Shown here: in pieces, positions 1-8,827 of the stretch
How the letters are laid out: the number at the start of each line of letters is the position of its first letter
Position numbering within the stretch: the stretch's first letter is position 1
Assembly (NCBI GenBank): GCA_051251915.1
Contig: JBPOGF010000002.1
Span: 1-64,000, forward strand
DNA from: Akkermansiaceae bacterium
GTDB lineage: Bacteria; Verrucomicrobiota; Verrucomicrobiia; Verrucomicrobiales; Akkermansiaceae
Length of the DNA: 64,000 nt
Direction of reading: 5' to 3'
Program-made: the position numbers and the translations under genes
The notes under the pieces: generated by a model
Told to the model about the DNA's origin: nothing
Databases searched by the model: none
The model's input: only the letters and a program-made list of their open reading frames with translations

Positions 1-160
1 ACCCCAGTTATTGGGGGATGTAGACTATGAAAAATTAAAAATCAAAAGAATCACTAGACAAACCTTCTCATGGAAGATACTGCGGTGAATCGTCAATGAT
101 ACATTAGGATTATTTTTATTATGATTTGTGATGATATAATGGTTATAAGTAAGCGTTAAA

Positions 161-589
161 ATGATATTTTTTGAACATGATGTTACTGATGAGGGCATTA
201 TGTCTTGTGTTCATGATTTGATAGACGTTCTGGTAAGGGGGGATTATGAGGCATTTTTTGCTTCGGTGGGGTATACGATGGATGGTGATGCGGCTTCGGT
301 TGATTCGATTAAATCGGGGTTGGGGCGGTATCGCTCGGATATTTATCCAGGTGTGGCGGAGTTTATGGTGACTGACTGGAGGAAAGCTGAAGGAGGGAAT
401 CCTGAGCCGAAATGCGAAGTGATTAGGTATGAGCCGAACTCTACGGGATTAGTGGGTGCGGCTTCTTGTGATTTGCCTTTGAACGGGAAGTGGAGCGATT
501 TGTGTGCTGATTTTATCCTTGTGGAGCATGTTTCTAAACAGGGGTATGTGTTGCGGCTTGAGGAGTTTTGTTGCAAGTTTTTCTGTTGA
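161..589 (+). CDS. hypothetical protein
   Basis: 142 aa ATG ORF with protein-like composition; no motif recognised. Confidence 0.6.
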   Translation: MIFFEHDVTDEGIMSCVHDLIDVLVRGDYEAFFASVGYTMDGDAASVDSIKSGLGRYRSDIYPGVAEFMVTDWRKAEGGNPEPKCEVIRYEPNSTGLVGAASCDLPLNGKWSDLCADFILVEHVSKQGYVLRLEEFCCKFFC

Positions 590-693
590 TGTTGACGGGG
601 GTAGTTGGGGTGGTAATGTTTTTGTTATTGCGCTGAGGTTAGAGCGTATTTTGATATTATGAAAAAAGATTGCGTAGCGATGAATAGTTTCAA

Positions 694-1206
694 ATGATCG
701 GTAAATATATGAGAATTCATTGCCAACTTGAGTCAGCTGATTATGTGTCTGCGCAGTTTTTACATCTACGGCCTCGCCCAGTGTTCAAGTGGCTTGGTAT
801 TTTACTTTTTGGCTTATCAGTTCTAGTCATTGTGTATCAGGTTTTCTTTGTATTTGCTGTGGGTAGAGGGTCGTTTCCTTTTATTCCTTTCGGTGCGATC
901 GCTTATCTGGTTTTGAGCTATTGCGTCTGGTTACCATACAAAAGTAAGAAGCTGTTCAAGCAACAGAAGGCTCTTTCTGTGCCGAGTGATGTAGAAATAA
1001 CCGAGGATTACTTTGTATCCACTAGTTCACTTGGGTCTGCAAAGCTAGTGTGGGCGGATTTTCATAAATATAGGATTGGGAAGGATCTAATTTTGGTTTA
1101 CCAAAACGATGCTATTTTTCACATGTTTCCTAAGCGTTGGTTTACGGATGGTGAGTACCAAGAGTTAGTCGAGATTTTACAAGTCAATCTAGGTAGGGAG
1201 ACATAG
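694..1206 (+). CDS. YcxB-like membrane protein
   Basis: two TM helices followed by a 'W.DF.K......LILVY.....HMFPKRWF' C-terminal domain typical of YcxB-like proteins; start may be 709. Confidence 0.7.
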   Translation: MIGKYMRIHCQLESADYVSAQFLHLRPRPVFKWLGILLFGLSVLVIVYQVFFVFAVGRGSFPFIPFGAIAYLVLSYCVWLPYKSKKLFKQQKALSVPSDVEITEDYFVSTSSLGSAKLVWADFHKYRIGKDLILVYQNDAIFHMFPKRWFTDGEYQELVEILQVNLGRET

Positions 1207-1289
1207 TGGGGAATGACTAAGTGTTGCTGGTGTGATGTTTTTCGCTCTGGGTGGATGGAGATTGAGTGGAGGCGGTGTCTATTGGGGGA

Positions 1290-1472
1290 TGTTTGTTTCT
1301 TGTGGACGTCTAGTCCGATATAGTATATTTTTTTCATGATGAGTTTATTTTTAGGTTCTATTATTACAGATAATATTATGGATAGGTCTTTCCGACCTTG
1401 TGTCAGAGAGGTAGCCCACGTAAATCCTAAGCTCATCATACTTTTTAACCAAGGCGTGGCTCAATATGAGCT
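1290..1472 (-). mobile_element. IS110-family remnant: N-terminus of DEDD transposase plus upstream non-coding end
   Basis: ATG at 1337 gives MKKIYYIGLDVHKK (IS110 N-terminal GLDVHK motif), after which similarity is lost; ~135 nt non-coding segment upstream whose distal end recurs at ~7079-7105. Confidence 0.6.
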
Positions 1473-1496
1473 TCAGCCATAGAATCTCTGCTAAAA

Positions 1497-1925
1497 ATGA
1501 GACGCTCTCTTGCAATTCGAATAATACTAGCAGTAATCCTTATGGAAATGTGGGTTATTCTATCTCATTTCCAACCCGATAGTTTATTCAAAGTATTAGC
1601 GTTGCTTGGTGCTGTTATCATTAGCTCTCCGTTGCATAGAGTTAGAAAAAAGAAGAAGAGAAACCTCTCATTTCAAATCGCTCTGTGGCTTGCTGCAGTG
1701 AGTTTATTTGGTCTTGTTTTCTGGCACCTTCAATCACTCGACAGAAGAGGCTTTGATATTCCTACTGCCATAATTTTCGGTCTATCTATCTTAGCCCAGG
1801 GATTTTATGCATGGTCTTTGGTATTAGACACCTCAGATCAGAAGTTACGTGAACTATTTGGTCCGCTTACTTTATCTCCTGAAGATCAAGAACACATCAT
1901 TCAACTTAATAGCCAAGCAAAATGA
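1497..1925 (+). CDS. hypothetical membrane protein (cassette-like gene)
   Basis: 142 aa, four hydrophobic segments; flanked by the IS end and the intron remnant. Confidence 0.65.
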   Translation: MRRSLAIRIILAVILMEMWVILSHFQPDSLFKVLALLGAVIISSPLHRVRKKKKRNLSFQIALWLAAVSLFGLVFWHLQSLDRRGFDIPTAIIFGLSILAQGFYAWSLVLDTSDQKLRELFGPLTLSPEDQEHIIQLNSQAK

Positions 1926-1944
1926 AATTCAATAAAATTGCAGA

Positions 1945-2340
1945 ATCGGGTAGGCAGGGGATTCTAACCCCCGCCCCCACACCACCGGCCATACGGCTTT
2001 GCCTACGGGCTCTGCGGATAGACTTTGTATTGAGAAGAGCAGTGTAGCACGGCGGTTTCAATGTATCAGACTTACTTCCTCTTAGGTTGTTTTAGTACTT
2101 TCTTGAGGATAGCGAGCATTCACCCATTGGGTTTCTAGGCTGTGGAGTCCTTGGCTTTCTAGCCACACATTCGTCATCGCATTTCTTACGATTTCTATGT
2201 TGCAGATCCGCCAAGCTCCCTTGCGACTTCGACTCGCTAGTTTTACTTTGTCCCTTGATGCGCGAGCTTGATCAGGCTGAGCCGACTGGCTCGTGGTCGT
2301 CCTTGAGGCAGCTACTTGAGCCATTGGTTTGGAGATTGGC
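1945..2340 (-). mobile_element. truncated group IIC intron (3' part: maturase remnant, domain V, domain VI)
   Basis: minus strand GAAACCGCCG...CCGTATGGCCGGTGGT (DV, CGC triad), then GGGGGCGGGGGTTAGAATCCCCTGCCTACCCGAT (DVI with bulged A, AT end at 1945); 2082-2310 encodes frameshifted GRPRASRLSLIKL / ASRDKVKLASRSRKGAWRI...MTNVWLESQGLHSL, resembling the class C maturase C-terminus. Confidence 0.8.
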
Positions 2341-2502
2341 AATTACCCCAGCCTGCGAAAATGCAATGGCAAGCATGACGGGCTGCAAACTGAAATGAGT
2401 CTTGCCACCCAGTAAACCACCAGAGTATATTATATAAGAAGTCCAAATACATGAAACATAAGAACACATTAGAAGCTGAGCCACTGGACTGCGCGTTCAC
2501 CA

Positions 2503-2578
2503 GAGGAGCCTTATGCGGGAGAACTGCACGTAGGGATCTGCGAGGGGGACGTCAGGCAACTGACGTTCCTACCTTAAT
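2503..2578 (+). ncRNA. group II intron 3' end (domains V-VI), AGC-triad type, orphan
   Basis: GAGGAGCCTTATGCGGGAGAACTGCACGTAGGGATC (DV) then AGGGGGACGTCAG-GCAA-CTGACGTTCCTACCTTAAT (DVI, GNRA loop, bulged A, AY end). Confidence 0.85.
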
Positions 2579-2612
2579 AGCCTAAAAATAAGTCGACAGC
2601 TCTGAACCTATC

Positions 2613-3152
2613 ATGATTGCTCATCTATATAACATAACCTCTGATGATACAGTAATCGGAGAAGCTCAGATCAGAATTATTGAAAATAGAACTGAAGCTG
2701 AAGATCCAGAACATGGTTGGTATGGTAATTTTAGATATTTGGAACAACTTGAAATGTTCAATATCAAGGAAGTTTATCCAGCATTGAACATCACATGGAT
2801 AGAGATATATCCAGAGTTTAGAAAAAATGGTCATGGTGGGAATCTTCTAAAAATGATAGAAAACATAGCAATGGAAAAGCACTGCTCTTTTTTGTTTTGT
2901 AAAATAGACACAAACGACAATGAAGATACAGCGTCAGAAAATCAGAATTTCTACCACCGTAGAGATTGGCAAATTCTTTCAGTAAGAGGTGGAGAAATCC
3001 TGAATGTTCCTCATCAAGGAAATTCGTGGATGACCGCTTACAAAGACAATATAAAAAGGAATAGGATTACTACTTCACTAAAACTTGAAAAGCAGGAAAC
3101 CCCAGATTATTTGGATGAATTATGGGAGTGCACCATCCCAGAAAATGACTAA
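2613..3152 (+). CDS. GNAT-family N-acetyltransferase
   Basis: acetyl-CoA motif IYPEFRKNGHGGNLL and NQNFYHRRDW; AT-rich, lacks the local G/T skew. Confidence 0.75.
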   Translation: MIAHLYNITSDDTVIGEAQIRIIENRTEAEDPEHGWYGNFRYLEQLEMFNIKEVYPALNITWIEIYPEFRKNGHGGNLLKMIENIAMEKHCSFLFCKIDTNDNEDTASENQNFYHRRDWQILSVRGGEILNVPHQGNSWMTAYKDNIKRNRITTSLKLEKQETPDYLDELWECTIPEND

Positions 3153-3160
3153 ACCAAATT

Positions 3161-3283
3161 GACTAACAAGATGCTGGGCAATCTGCTACATGCGGTGTAG
3201 TCATAGGTAATGATTGATAGAATCTGAAGCCTTCGCCATGGTGGCGTGGCTAGGAGCGGATCGACAGAGCTTTTAGATAAGTC
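3161..3283 (+). repeat. degenerate attC-like site
   Basis: GACTAAC-AAGATGCTG...ATCTGCT left arm vs AGCGGAT...CAGAGCTT...ATAAGTC right arm; imperfect 123 bp palindrome with an unpaired G in the left arm; lies between a stop codon (3152) and a start codon (3291); right core decayed from GTTAGTC. Confidence 0.55.
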
Positions 3284-3290
3284 ATGAATA

Positions 3291-3701
3291 ATGAGCCGTA
3301 AAGTAATCATCATCATTCTTACCGTAGTATTTGCCGTTGGGATGGGCTATTTCAGTAAGCCTGATCGAGGAGGGGTTGAGCGCTGTTCTTTTTTATTTTC
3401 AATGCCCGAACTTAAGCATCTAGAACTAGAACATGTTCCGGTCTCTACTTGGGAGTTGTTTGAGACGCCGAAGTTTCAGTTGAAGATAGGAGAGGGTGAT
3501 TATGAAAGATTAGCGGAGCTGCTAGCAAAAGACGGATACTCTACTTGGGAACATGGCAGTTTGTTAGTTGGGAGCTTTTATCTAGGAGGCTCAATGGAAG
3601 ATGACTTTATTTACTGCTCAAAGAGAACTCCTTCTTGGAATTATTATTGGAGTTACAGTGCTAGAGAAGGTATGATCTATGCCGTGATTTCTAGAGCGTA
3701 A
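3291..3701 (+). CDS. hypothetical exported/membrane-anchored protein
   Basis: 136 aa, N-terminal hydrophobic helix. Confidence 0.65.
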   Translation: MSRKVIIIILTVVFAVGMGYFSKPDRGGVERCSFLFSMPELKHLELEHVPVSTWELFETPKFQLKIGEGDYERLAELLAKDGYSTWEHGSLLVGSFYLGGSMEDDFIYCSKRTPSWNYYWSYSAREGMIYAVISRA

Positions 3702-3990
3702 TAAGCGTAAATATGCACGAATTTCGTCCAAACATGCTGCGGGTTTTTCTCACGAATGATACCGCATTTCTGACCTCAAGTTTGTTATTTGCTGTTTAGG
3801 AGTGAGTGATGGGCTGGGCGGTATCATGGGTTGCATTTTTGCTTATGGCACGAGCTGGGTTTCTTTCTCTTGTTGATTTTCCTTGGATGTCATTAGTGTG
3901 GTTATGTGCACTTTAGAAGTAGTGGATGAGTGGGCGAAGAAGAACGTAAATCGAAGCAGGGAGGAGGGTTTTGATCTGCGTCAGGGGTGG

Positions 3991-4515
3991 TTATTTTTTG
4001 GTGAGGGCTTTTAGTTTTTTGGGGACAGGTTGGTTTGATTTTTTAAGGGCGAGGATCATTCTGGTGGCTAGTGCTTTGGTGGTGTTTATTTTGTCTTTTC
4101 TGGGGATGATGTCTTTTCCGTCGCTGGTGAGGAAGCGGATGACTTGGTAGTTCCAGGCGGGTTCGTTGTATTTCTTGAGGATGATGGAGTCTGGGCCACC
4201 GGTGTTGTTGTGGATGAGGAGGGGGATGAAGGAGTTTTCTATTGCTTGGACGATGGCTGGATGGGTCATGACCTCACGACCGAATTGTTTGCAGCCTGCT
4301 CAGCCGGGGACTTCTTGGAAGAAGGCGAAGATGGGTTTGCCTGATTTCTTTGATAGCTTGATGGCTTGGTCGTGATCGCGGAGGAATTTTGCGGGGCCGG
4401 TTTCTGTTGCGTGGTTCTTATTTTGGGCGTCGAGGGATGAGGTGGTGATGGTGAATACGAGGAGGCAGATGGTGGATGTTCCTAGGATGATGAGATTTTT
4501 TATGGCACTTTTCAT
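3991..4515 (-). CDS. exported thioredoxin-like selenoprotein, VPGUxxC motif (174 aa, Sec at codon 72)
   Basis: ORFs 4300-4515 and 3991-4269 are in frame; read-through gives GKPIFAFFQEVPG-U(TGA 4300-4302)-AGCKQFGREVMTHP; signal peptide; SECIS-like hairpin downstream. Confidence 0.88.
4255..4296 (-). promoter_or_regulatory. putative bacterial SECIS element
   Basis: GGCUG...GGUCGUG-AGGU-CAUGACC...CAGCC: 7 bp upper stem, AGGU loop starting 26 nt after UGA, 5 bp lower stem. Confidence 0.75.
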
Positions 4516-4627
4516 AGTATGTATGAGGTGGATGAGGAGGAAATATTCCAGTGTGAATGCTTTATTGAGAGATCTCCTTTTTGCTTTTTGGTTTGCGGGT
4601 GGAATCTAATGCTGATATTTAGTAGAA

Positions 4628-5209
4628 GTGATGACTCAGCATACGACATACGAATCCTTGACTAAGGAGGTGCATCTGGCAATGCAGTCTAGGAACTATC
4701 CTGAGGCTGTTAGGGTTCTTGAGAGTGGCCGTGACAGATGGGGTGACTCTGTGGAGTTTATTGAGCTATTGGGGCAGGCTTATTTAGCGAATGATGAGGT
4801 AGAAAAGGCTGAGGCAACTTTGTTAGAGGCTTATGAGATGAAGCCTAGCTTTTTGACGATGATTAATTTGGCTGAGTGTGCTTTTGTTAGAGGGGATTAT
4901 CTTTTGGCTGTTGAGGGGTTTAGGACGGCATATTCGGCGATTCCGGATAACTGGGGGTATGGTGAGCTTGTGGCGTTTAAGGTGGTTGTTTCTAGCTTGC
5001 TTAGTGGTGAAGATATTAGTGGTTGTGAGGGGTTCGTGGCTGATTGTGGTGTGATGGGTAAGGATTTTATTGAGATTGTGCGTGCGATTTTGGCTGAGGA
5101 AAGTGTGAGAGCAATGGAACTACTTGAGAAGTCTGAGACTGAATCAATGGATGCGGCTCCTTATATTGACGCGCTATTAACCGCAGATCTCATCCAAGCC
5201 AACGAATAA
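4628..5209 (+). CDS. TPR-repeat protein
   Basis: TPR-like helices (LLGQAYLANDEVEKAEATL; NLAECAFVRGDYLLAVEGF). Confidence 0.7.
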   Translation: MMTQHTTYESLTKEVHLAMQSRNYPEAVRVLESGRDRWGDSVEFIELLGQAYLANDEVEKAEATLLEAYEMKPSFLTMINLAECAFVRGDYLLAVEGFRTAYSAIPDNWGYGELVAFKVVVSSLLSGEDISGCEGFVADCGVMGKDFIEIVRAILAEESVRAMELLEKSETESMDAAPYIDALLTADLIQANE

Positions 5210-5228
5210 TCCAAAGCGAACTCTAACT

Positions 5229-5678
5229 ATGAAATTCTTCTTACTCATCCCTTTTTTAATTTACTCCGTGGCGTGGGCGGGAGACTTGCAAATAGAATCT
5301 GTTACGATCAAGGACAGCGGGCAGCCTGAAGAGTTTGATATGCATTCGGGAGACTATATTGTGGAAGTGAAGCTACGTAATACATCGGAGAAGGCGATTC
5401 AGGTGGAGTGGTATTCGGTGAGTAATTATTATCGTGTTGGTAAGCTTTCTGATCCAGAGGGTAAGTTGAAATATGGGTCAGATTTTCATAAGTATAATAG
5501 TCTTTGCTGCCACGCTCCAGTTTATGAGACGATTGAAGCTAATGAGTTTTATACTGTGCGCTTTAGGGATTCATCTAAGAACGAAGGCAAGGAAATGTTC
5601 TTGAAGATGAGAGGTAAGGAGGGGGAGATAGAGTTAGGGAAGTATCTGTTAAAATTAACGGAGGATGGGGAGGAATAG
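5229..5678 (+). CDS. hypothetical secreted protein
   Basis: signal peptide MKFFLLIPFLIYSVAWA; 149 aa. Confidence 0.7.
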   Translation: MKFFLLIPFLIYSVAWAGDLQIESVTIKDSGQPEEFDMHSGDYIVEVKLRNTSEKAIQVEWYSVSNYYRVGKLSDPEGKLKYGSDFHKYNSLCCHAPVYETIEANEFYTVRFRDSSKNEGKEMFLKMRGKEGEIELGKYLLKLTEDGEE

Positions 5679-5683
5679 ACGGG

Positions 5684-6199
5684 ATGTTTAAATGGCACAC
5701 ATTTATTTTCTTAGGCTTGTTGTCATTGCTTTCTTGTAAGAGCAGTTCTGAGGGTGGTATAAATGCGGATCAGTCTTCGGGGGAGCTTAGTAGGGAAGTG
5801 ATTGTTGAGAAGTTGAAGTTACTGGGGGATGAGGAGAGTTTTACTGGTGTTGATGTGGTGAGGTTATTTCCTAGAGCAACGATTAAGGTGGGTGGGGTGA
5901 GTGATGAATGGAAGATCAACGAGTCTCTGGTTCTACATTTACTTCCTGGTTCTGATCCGGCTGGATTTCCTATTACTCCGGCAACTCCGGATGCCTATGA
6001 GACAAGATCTACTGGAGTGACGTTGGAGGTAGAGCCTGATTTGGGTGAAAATTCTGAGCTAGAAGATTATAGTCCTCCAGAGCTTGACTCTATTCTAGGC
6101 GAGAAAGGTGGTGATGCTGCTGAGGCTACTATTTACAAAGGTTTCTTGCTTATAGATGGAAATGGAAATGTTCTTTATGAATCGCGGGAGAAGCGGTAG
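5684..6199 (+). CDS. hypothetical lipoprotein
   Basis: lipobox LLSC at residue 18; internal secretin-like peptide. Confidence 0.7.
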   Translation: MFKWHTFIFLGLLSLLSCKSSSEGGINADQSSGELSREVIVEKLKLLGDEESFTGVDVVRLFPRATIKVGGVSDEWKINESLVLHLLPGSDPAGFPITPATPDAYETRSTGVTLEVEPDLGENSELEDYSPPELDSILGEKGGDAAEATIYKGFLLIDGNGNVLYESREKR

Positions 6200-6251
6200 A
6201 GTGGTAAATAGTATATGGCTTTCTAGGGCGATATGCATCAGACCCAAAATT

Positions 6252-7010
6252 ATGAAATTCTATTTTAGACCACTATTGTTATCTTGTGCTATGGCGACTG
6301 TTGCTTATGGAGGCGATCCTGATCCGGCGCAGCAGTTGCAGAGTTTGTTTGCGAAGTCGGACAAGTCTGGGGATCGCGCTTTTGTGGTTGAGACTGTGAT
6401 GCGTGAGAGTATGGGGGATGGGAGGAGAGAAACGTTGACGACGAGTTCTGTGTATTTGCTGCCTAAAGAAGACGTTGTGATTATTAAAACTGGTGCGATG
6501 TGGTATCGGTCCGAGGGCGGGCGTGAGATGGCTTGGTCTGTTAGTGATGCAAAATCTAGTGTTCAGTTGGCTAACCCGATTAAGGATCCGGCTCAGCGTT
6601 CTAGTAAGTTGATGAAGGCTGGGCATAGTGTCTTTTGGTTTGTGCCTACGGCTGCGAATGCGGCCTATCTAACCGATAATTTTAAGGTGGAGTCGGCAAT
6701 CCATGAGGATGATAAGCTGAGCTTTACGCTGAAGATCGCTGATGATCCTAGTGATCGTTATTGGGCGAATATGAAGCAACCGGGGAACAAGCTGACTGCT
6801 ACATTGGTGTACGATGTTAAGAGTGCGTTACCTTTGGAAGGGAGAGTGGAGATGTCTCGTGAAGGGTATGTGAGATCGTATGAGGTGAGGATTAAGGAGC
6901 GGTCGGCGGTGTTGCCAGAAGGGGTGAGGGTGGTGCCTGAGGGAGTGGACGAGCGTATAGTGAAAAAGCTGAAGAGGTTAGAGGCGAAGAAAAAGAAGGC
7001 GGGGGAATAG
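6252..7010 (+). CDS. hypothetical secreted protein
   Basis: start moved to ATG 6252 (MKFYFRPLLLSCAMATVAYG signal peptide). Confidence 0.7.
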   Translation: MKFYFRPLLLSCAMATVAYGGDPDPAQQLQSLFAKSDKSGDRAFVVETVMRESMGDGRRETLTTSSVYLLPKEDVVIIKTGAMWYRSEGGREMAWSVSDAKSSVQLANPIKDPAQRSSKLMKAGHSVFWFVPTAANAAYLTDNFKVESAIHEDDKLSFTLKIADDPSDRYWANMKQPGNKLTATLVYDVKSALPLEGRVEMSREGYVRSYEVRIKERSAVLPEGVRVVPEGVDERIVKKLKRLEAKKKKAGE

Positions 7011-7078
7011 GGAGGGGGGAGGCTTCTGATTGTTAGAGTTAACCTTTAGGTTTCACGTTTTAAATCATCTTTTATTTA

Positions 7079-7105
7079 TTAACCTAGGCGTGGTTCAGGA
7101 TGAGC
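7079..7105 (-). repeat. second copy of the IS110-associated end sequence
   Basis: TTAACCTAGGCGTGGTTCAGGATGAGC vs TTAACCAAGGCGTGGCTCAATATGAGC at 1445-1471. Confidence 0.6.
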
Positions 7106-7109
7106 TATA

Positions 7110-7340
7110 GGCAACCTCGGGCAACCCTCGTCACCGCCGTGGGATGGGATTTGTATGAGATATGTATGGGTTAGTGGCATTGCATGCGATTGAAAAGGAA
7201 AACCACCCTGCGGGCTGTGAAGCATTGCAGTGCCTGCCTTCGTTGCTCTTCAGTTACGGAAAATTTCCGCGCCTTCATCGCGCCTTGACATGCACTACAA
7301 TGCTCCACAGCGTCGTCAACGCTGGTTGCCGGAGGTCGCC
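7110..7340. mobile_element. MITE-like non-autonomous element (231 bp)
   Basis: terminal inverted repeats GGCAACCTCGGGCAACC / GGTTGCCGGAGGTCGCC (15/17 match) flanked by a TATA direct repeat (7106-7109, 7341-7344); no transposase. Confidence 0.75.
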
Positions 7341-7364
7341 TATAGCCATAAAATATCTATTCAA

Positions 7365-8108
7365 ATGAAATTATTCACCACCATAGTACTTTTCTTTCCT
7401 TTGTTTTTTACAAGTTGTGAAGAAGTGGCATTGCAGTCTGAGGCTGTGGATGGCAGTGAGGTTCCGCTGGGGAGGAGGCTTATCGAAATTTTGCCGCTTG
7501 CGGAGGAGAACGAGTTTGGGTCTGCTGAAGCGGGGGCTAGAGGATTTGTGCAGGGTTTGGTAGATGATGATTGGGATCAGATTCTCAGGGCGACATCGCT
7601 ACGGTTGATTTGTGAGCGTATGACATTTGAGGCGCGGACTGAGGAATTAGGAGTTTGGGATGTGGGCAGTATGGGGGGCGATCCTTCTTCTCCTATGGCG
7701 GCGTTTGCTGGTCATGCAGGAGCTGTTCGACAGTTCCTTATTCTTCAGCAAACACTTTTGGGTGAAAAGAAAGCGGGAGTTATGCATAGAATAAAGGATC
7801 CGAGTGATGCGAGCGAGGTCGCTGCTGCTAAGAAGCGGGCACTCTATTTAAAGCCTGAAGATCTACGGATTTCTGGTGTTCAACTTGATCTGGAGATGAC
7901 GGAGAGGATGTCCAAAGGGACTAATTTCGAGAGTCCAATGCGTAAAGTGCTGGGAGTTGTGGATGTGGCGTATGTGACGGTAGATATAGAGGGGGTTCCC
8001 AACGTGGGGAAGGCTCGGATTGAATGTTTTATGGAGAAGATTGATACGAATTGGCTGGTGAGGAGTGCTGCTGCGGTGAAGTTGCCTAATGAAGCGTTTC
8101 AGAAATGA
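7365..8108 (+). CDS. hypothetical lipoprotein
   Basis: start moved to ATG 7365 (MKLFTTIVLFFPLFFTSC, lipobox); the upstream extension lies in the MITE. Confidence 0.7.
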   Translation: MKLFTTIVLFFPLFFTSCEEVALQSEAVDGSEVPLGRRLIEILPLAEENEFGSAEAGARGFVQGLVDDDWDQILRATSLRLICERMTFEARTEELGVWDVGSMGGDPSSPMAAFAGHAGAVRQFLILQQTLLGEKKAGVMHRIKDPSDASEVAAAKKRALYLKPEDLRISGVQLDLEMTERMSKGTNFESPMRKVLGVVDVAYVTVDIEGVPNVGKARIECFMEKIDTNWLVRSAAAVKLPNEAFQK

Positions 8109-8421
8109 AATCAAATTGCTATTGGGGCTGTTTTACTGACCGCAAGTATGTGAAGAGAGGGTTTCATTTCTGAGGTTATGGTTGTGGAATCTGTGAGGTG
8201 TTATTTCTAGGGTTTGTTGTTTATGAAGATTGTCTAGGTCGAGTGGGGTGAGTTCTTCACGGTCTGTTCTTTTGGGGGGGTGCTTGTGCTATATCGGTTA
8301 GGATGGGTGGGAAAGCTTGAGCGGTGATTTAGGATGTTGACTGGGGAACAGGTCGTGGTAGAACTATTGGATGTTTGCTGAATCTGATGGAATGGGTGCG
8401 GAACGCTAAGCTATTAAAATT

Positions 8422-8811
8422 ATGAATAAATCAATAGTAACATTATTAATCACTTCAAGTCTTAGCCTCTTCATTAGGGCAGAGGAGCCGAAAACTGATG
8501 AAAAAGAGTCCAAGCCTATTCCTGGTGGTAATATGAATATGTCGATGGAGCAATATGAAGAAACTATCTTAAAGGTTTATACTGCAAAGGCTAAAAGTGG
8601 GACGATGTATAAAGGATATGTGGTTATGTGGAATGGATCAGAAATCGTAGTTCCTGATATGTTTGGAGGTGAAACTAAGGAAGTTGGCGAAAAAATTAAG
8701 TTTATGGTGCAAGAAATTGACATGCCTCAATTTGACCCAAAAACGAAGGGTATGAAGCTTACAAAGATGATACAAATTGTTGCCATGCCTGAAATGGATC
8801 TTGAAGAATAA
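8422..8811 (+). CDS. hypothetical secreted protein
   Basis: signal peptide; 129 aa. Confidence 0.7.
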   Translation: MNKSIVTLLITSSLSLFIRAEEPKTDEKESKPIPGGNMNMSMEQYEETILKVYTAKAKSGTMYKGYVVMWNGSEIVVPDMFGGETKEVGEKIKFMVQEIDMPQFDPKTKGMKLTKMIQIVAMPEMDLEE

Positions 8812-8827
8812 TCTACGGAAATAGTTT

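Noticed and set aside
1..80. Possible IS right end at the window start
   Set aside because: Only a vague resemblance; context is cut off by the window edge
575..604. Cys-rich end ...TGT TGA TGT TGA of ORF 161-589 as Sec read-through
   Set aside because: No redox fold context, TAG follows within a few codons and there is no convincing hairpin
630..648. GCGCTGAGGTTAGAG as an attC right end
   Set aside because: No matching left arm found
7162..7368. ORF 7162-7368 and the 5' extension of ORF 7230
   Set aside because: They lie within the MITE; the lipoprotein signal begins at 7365
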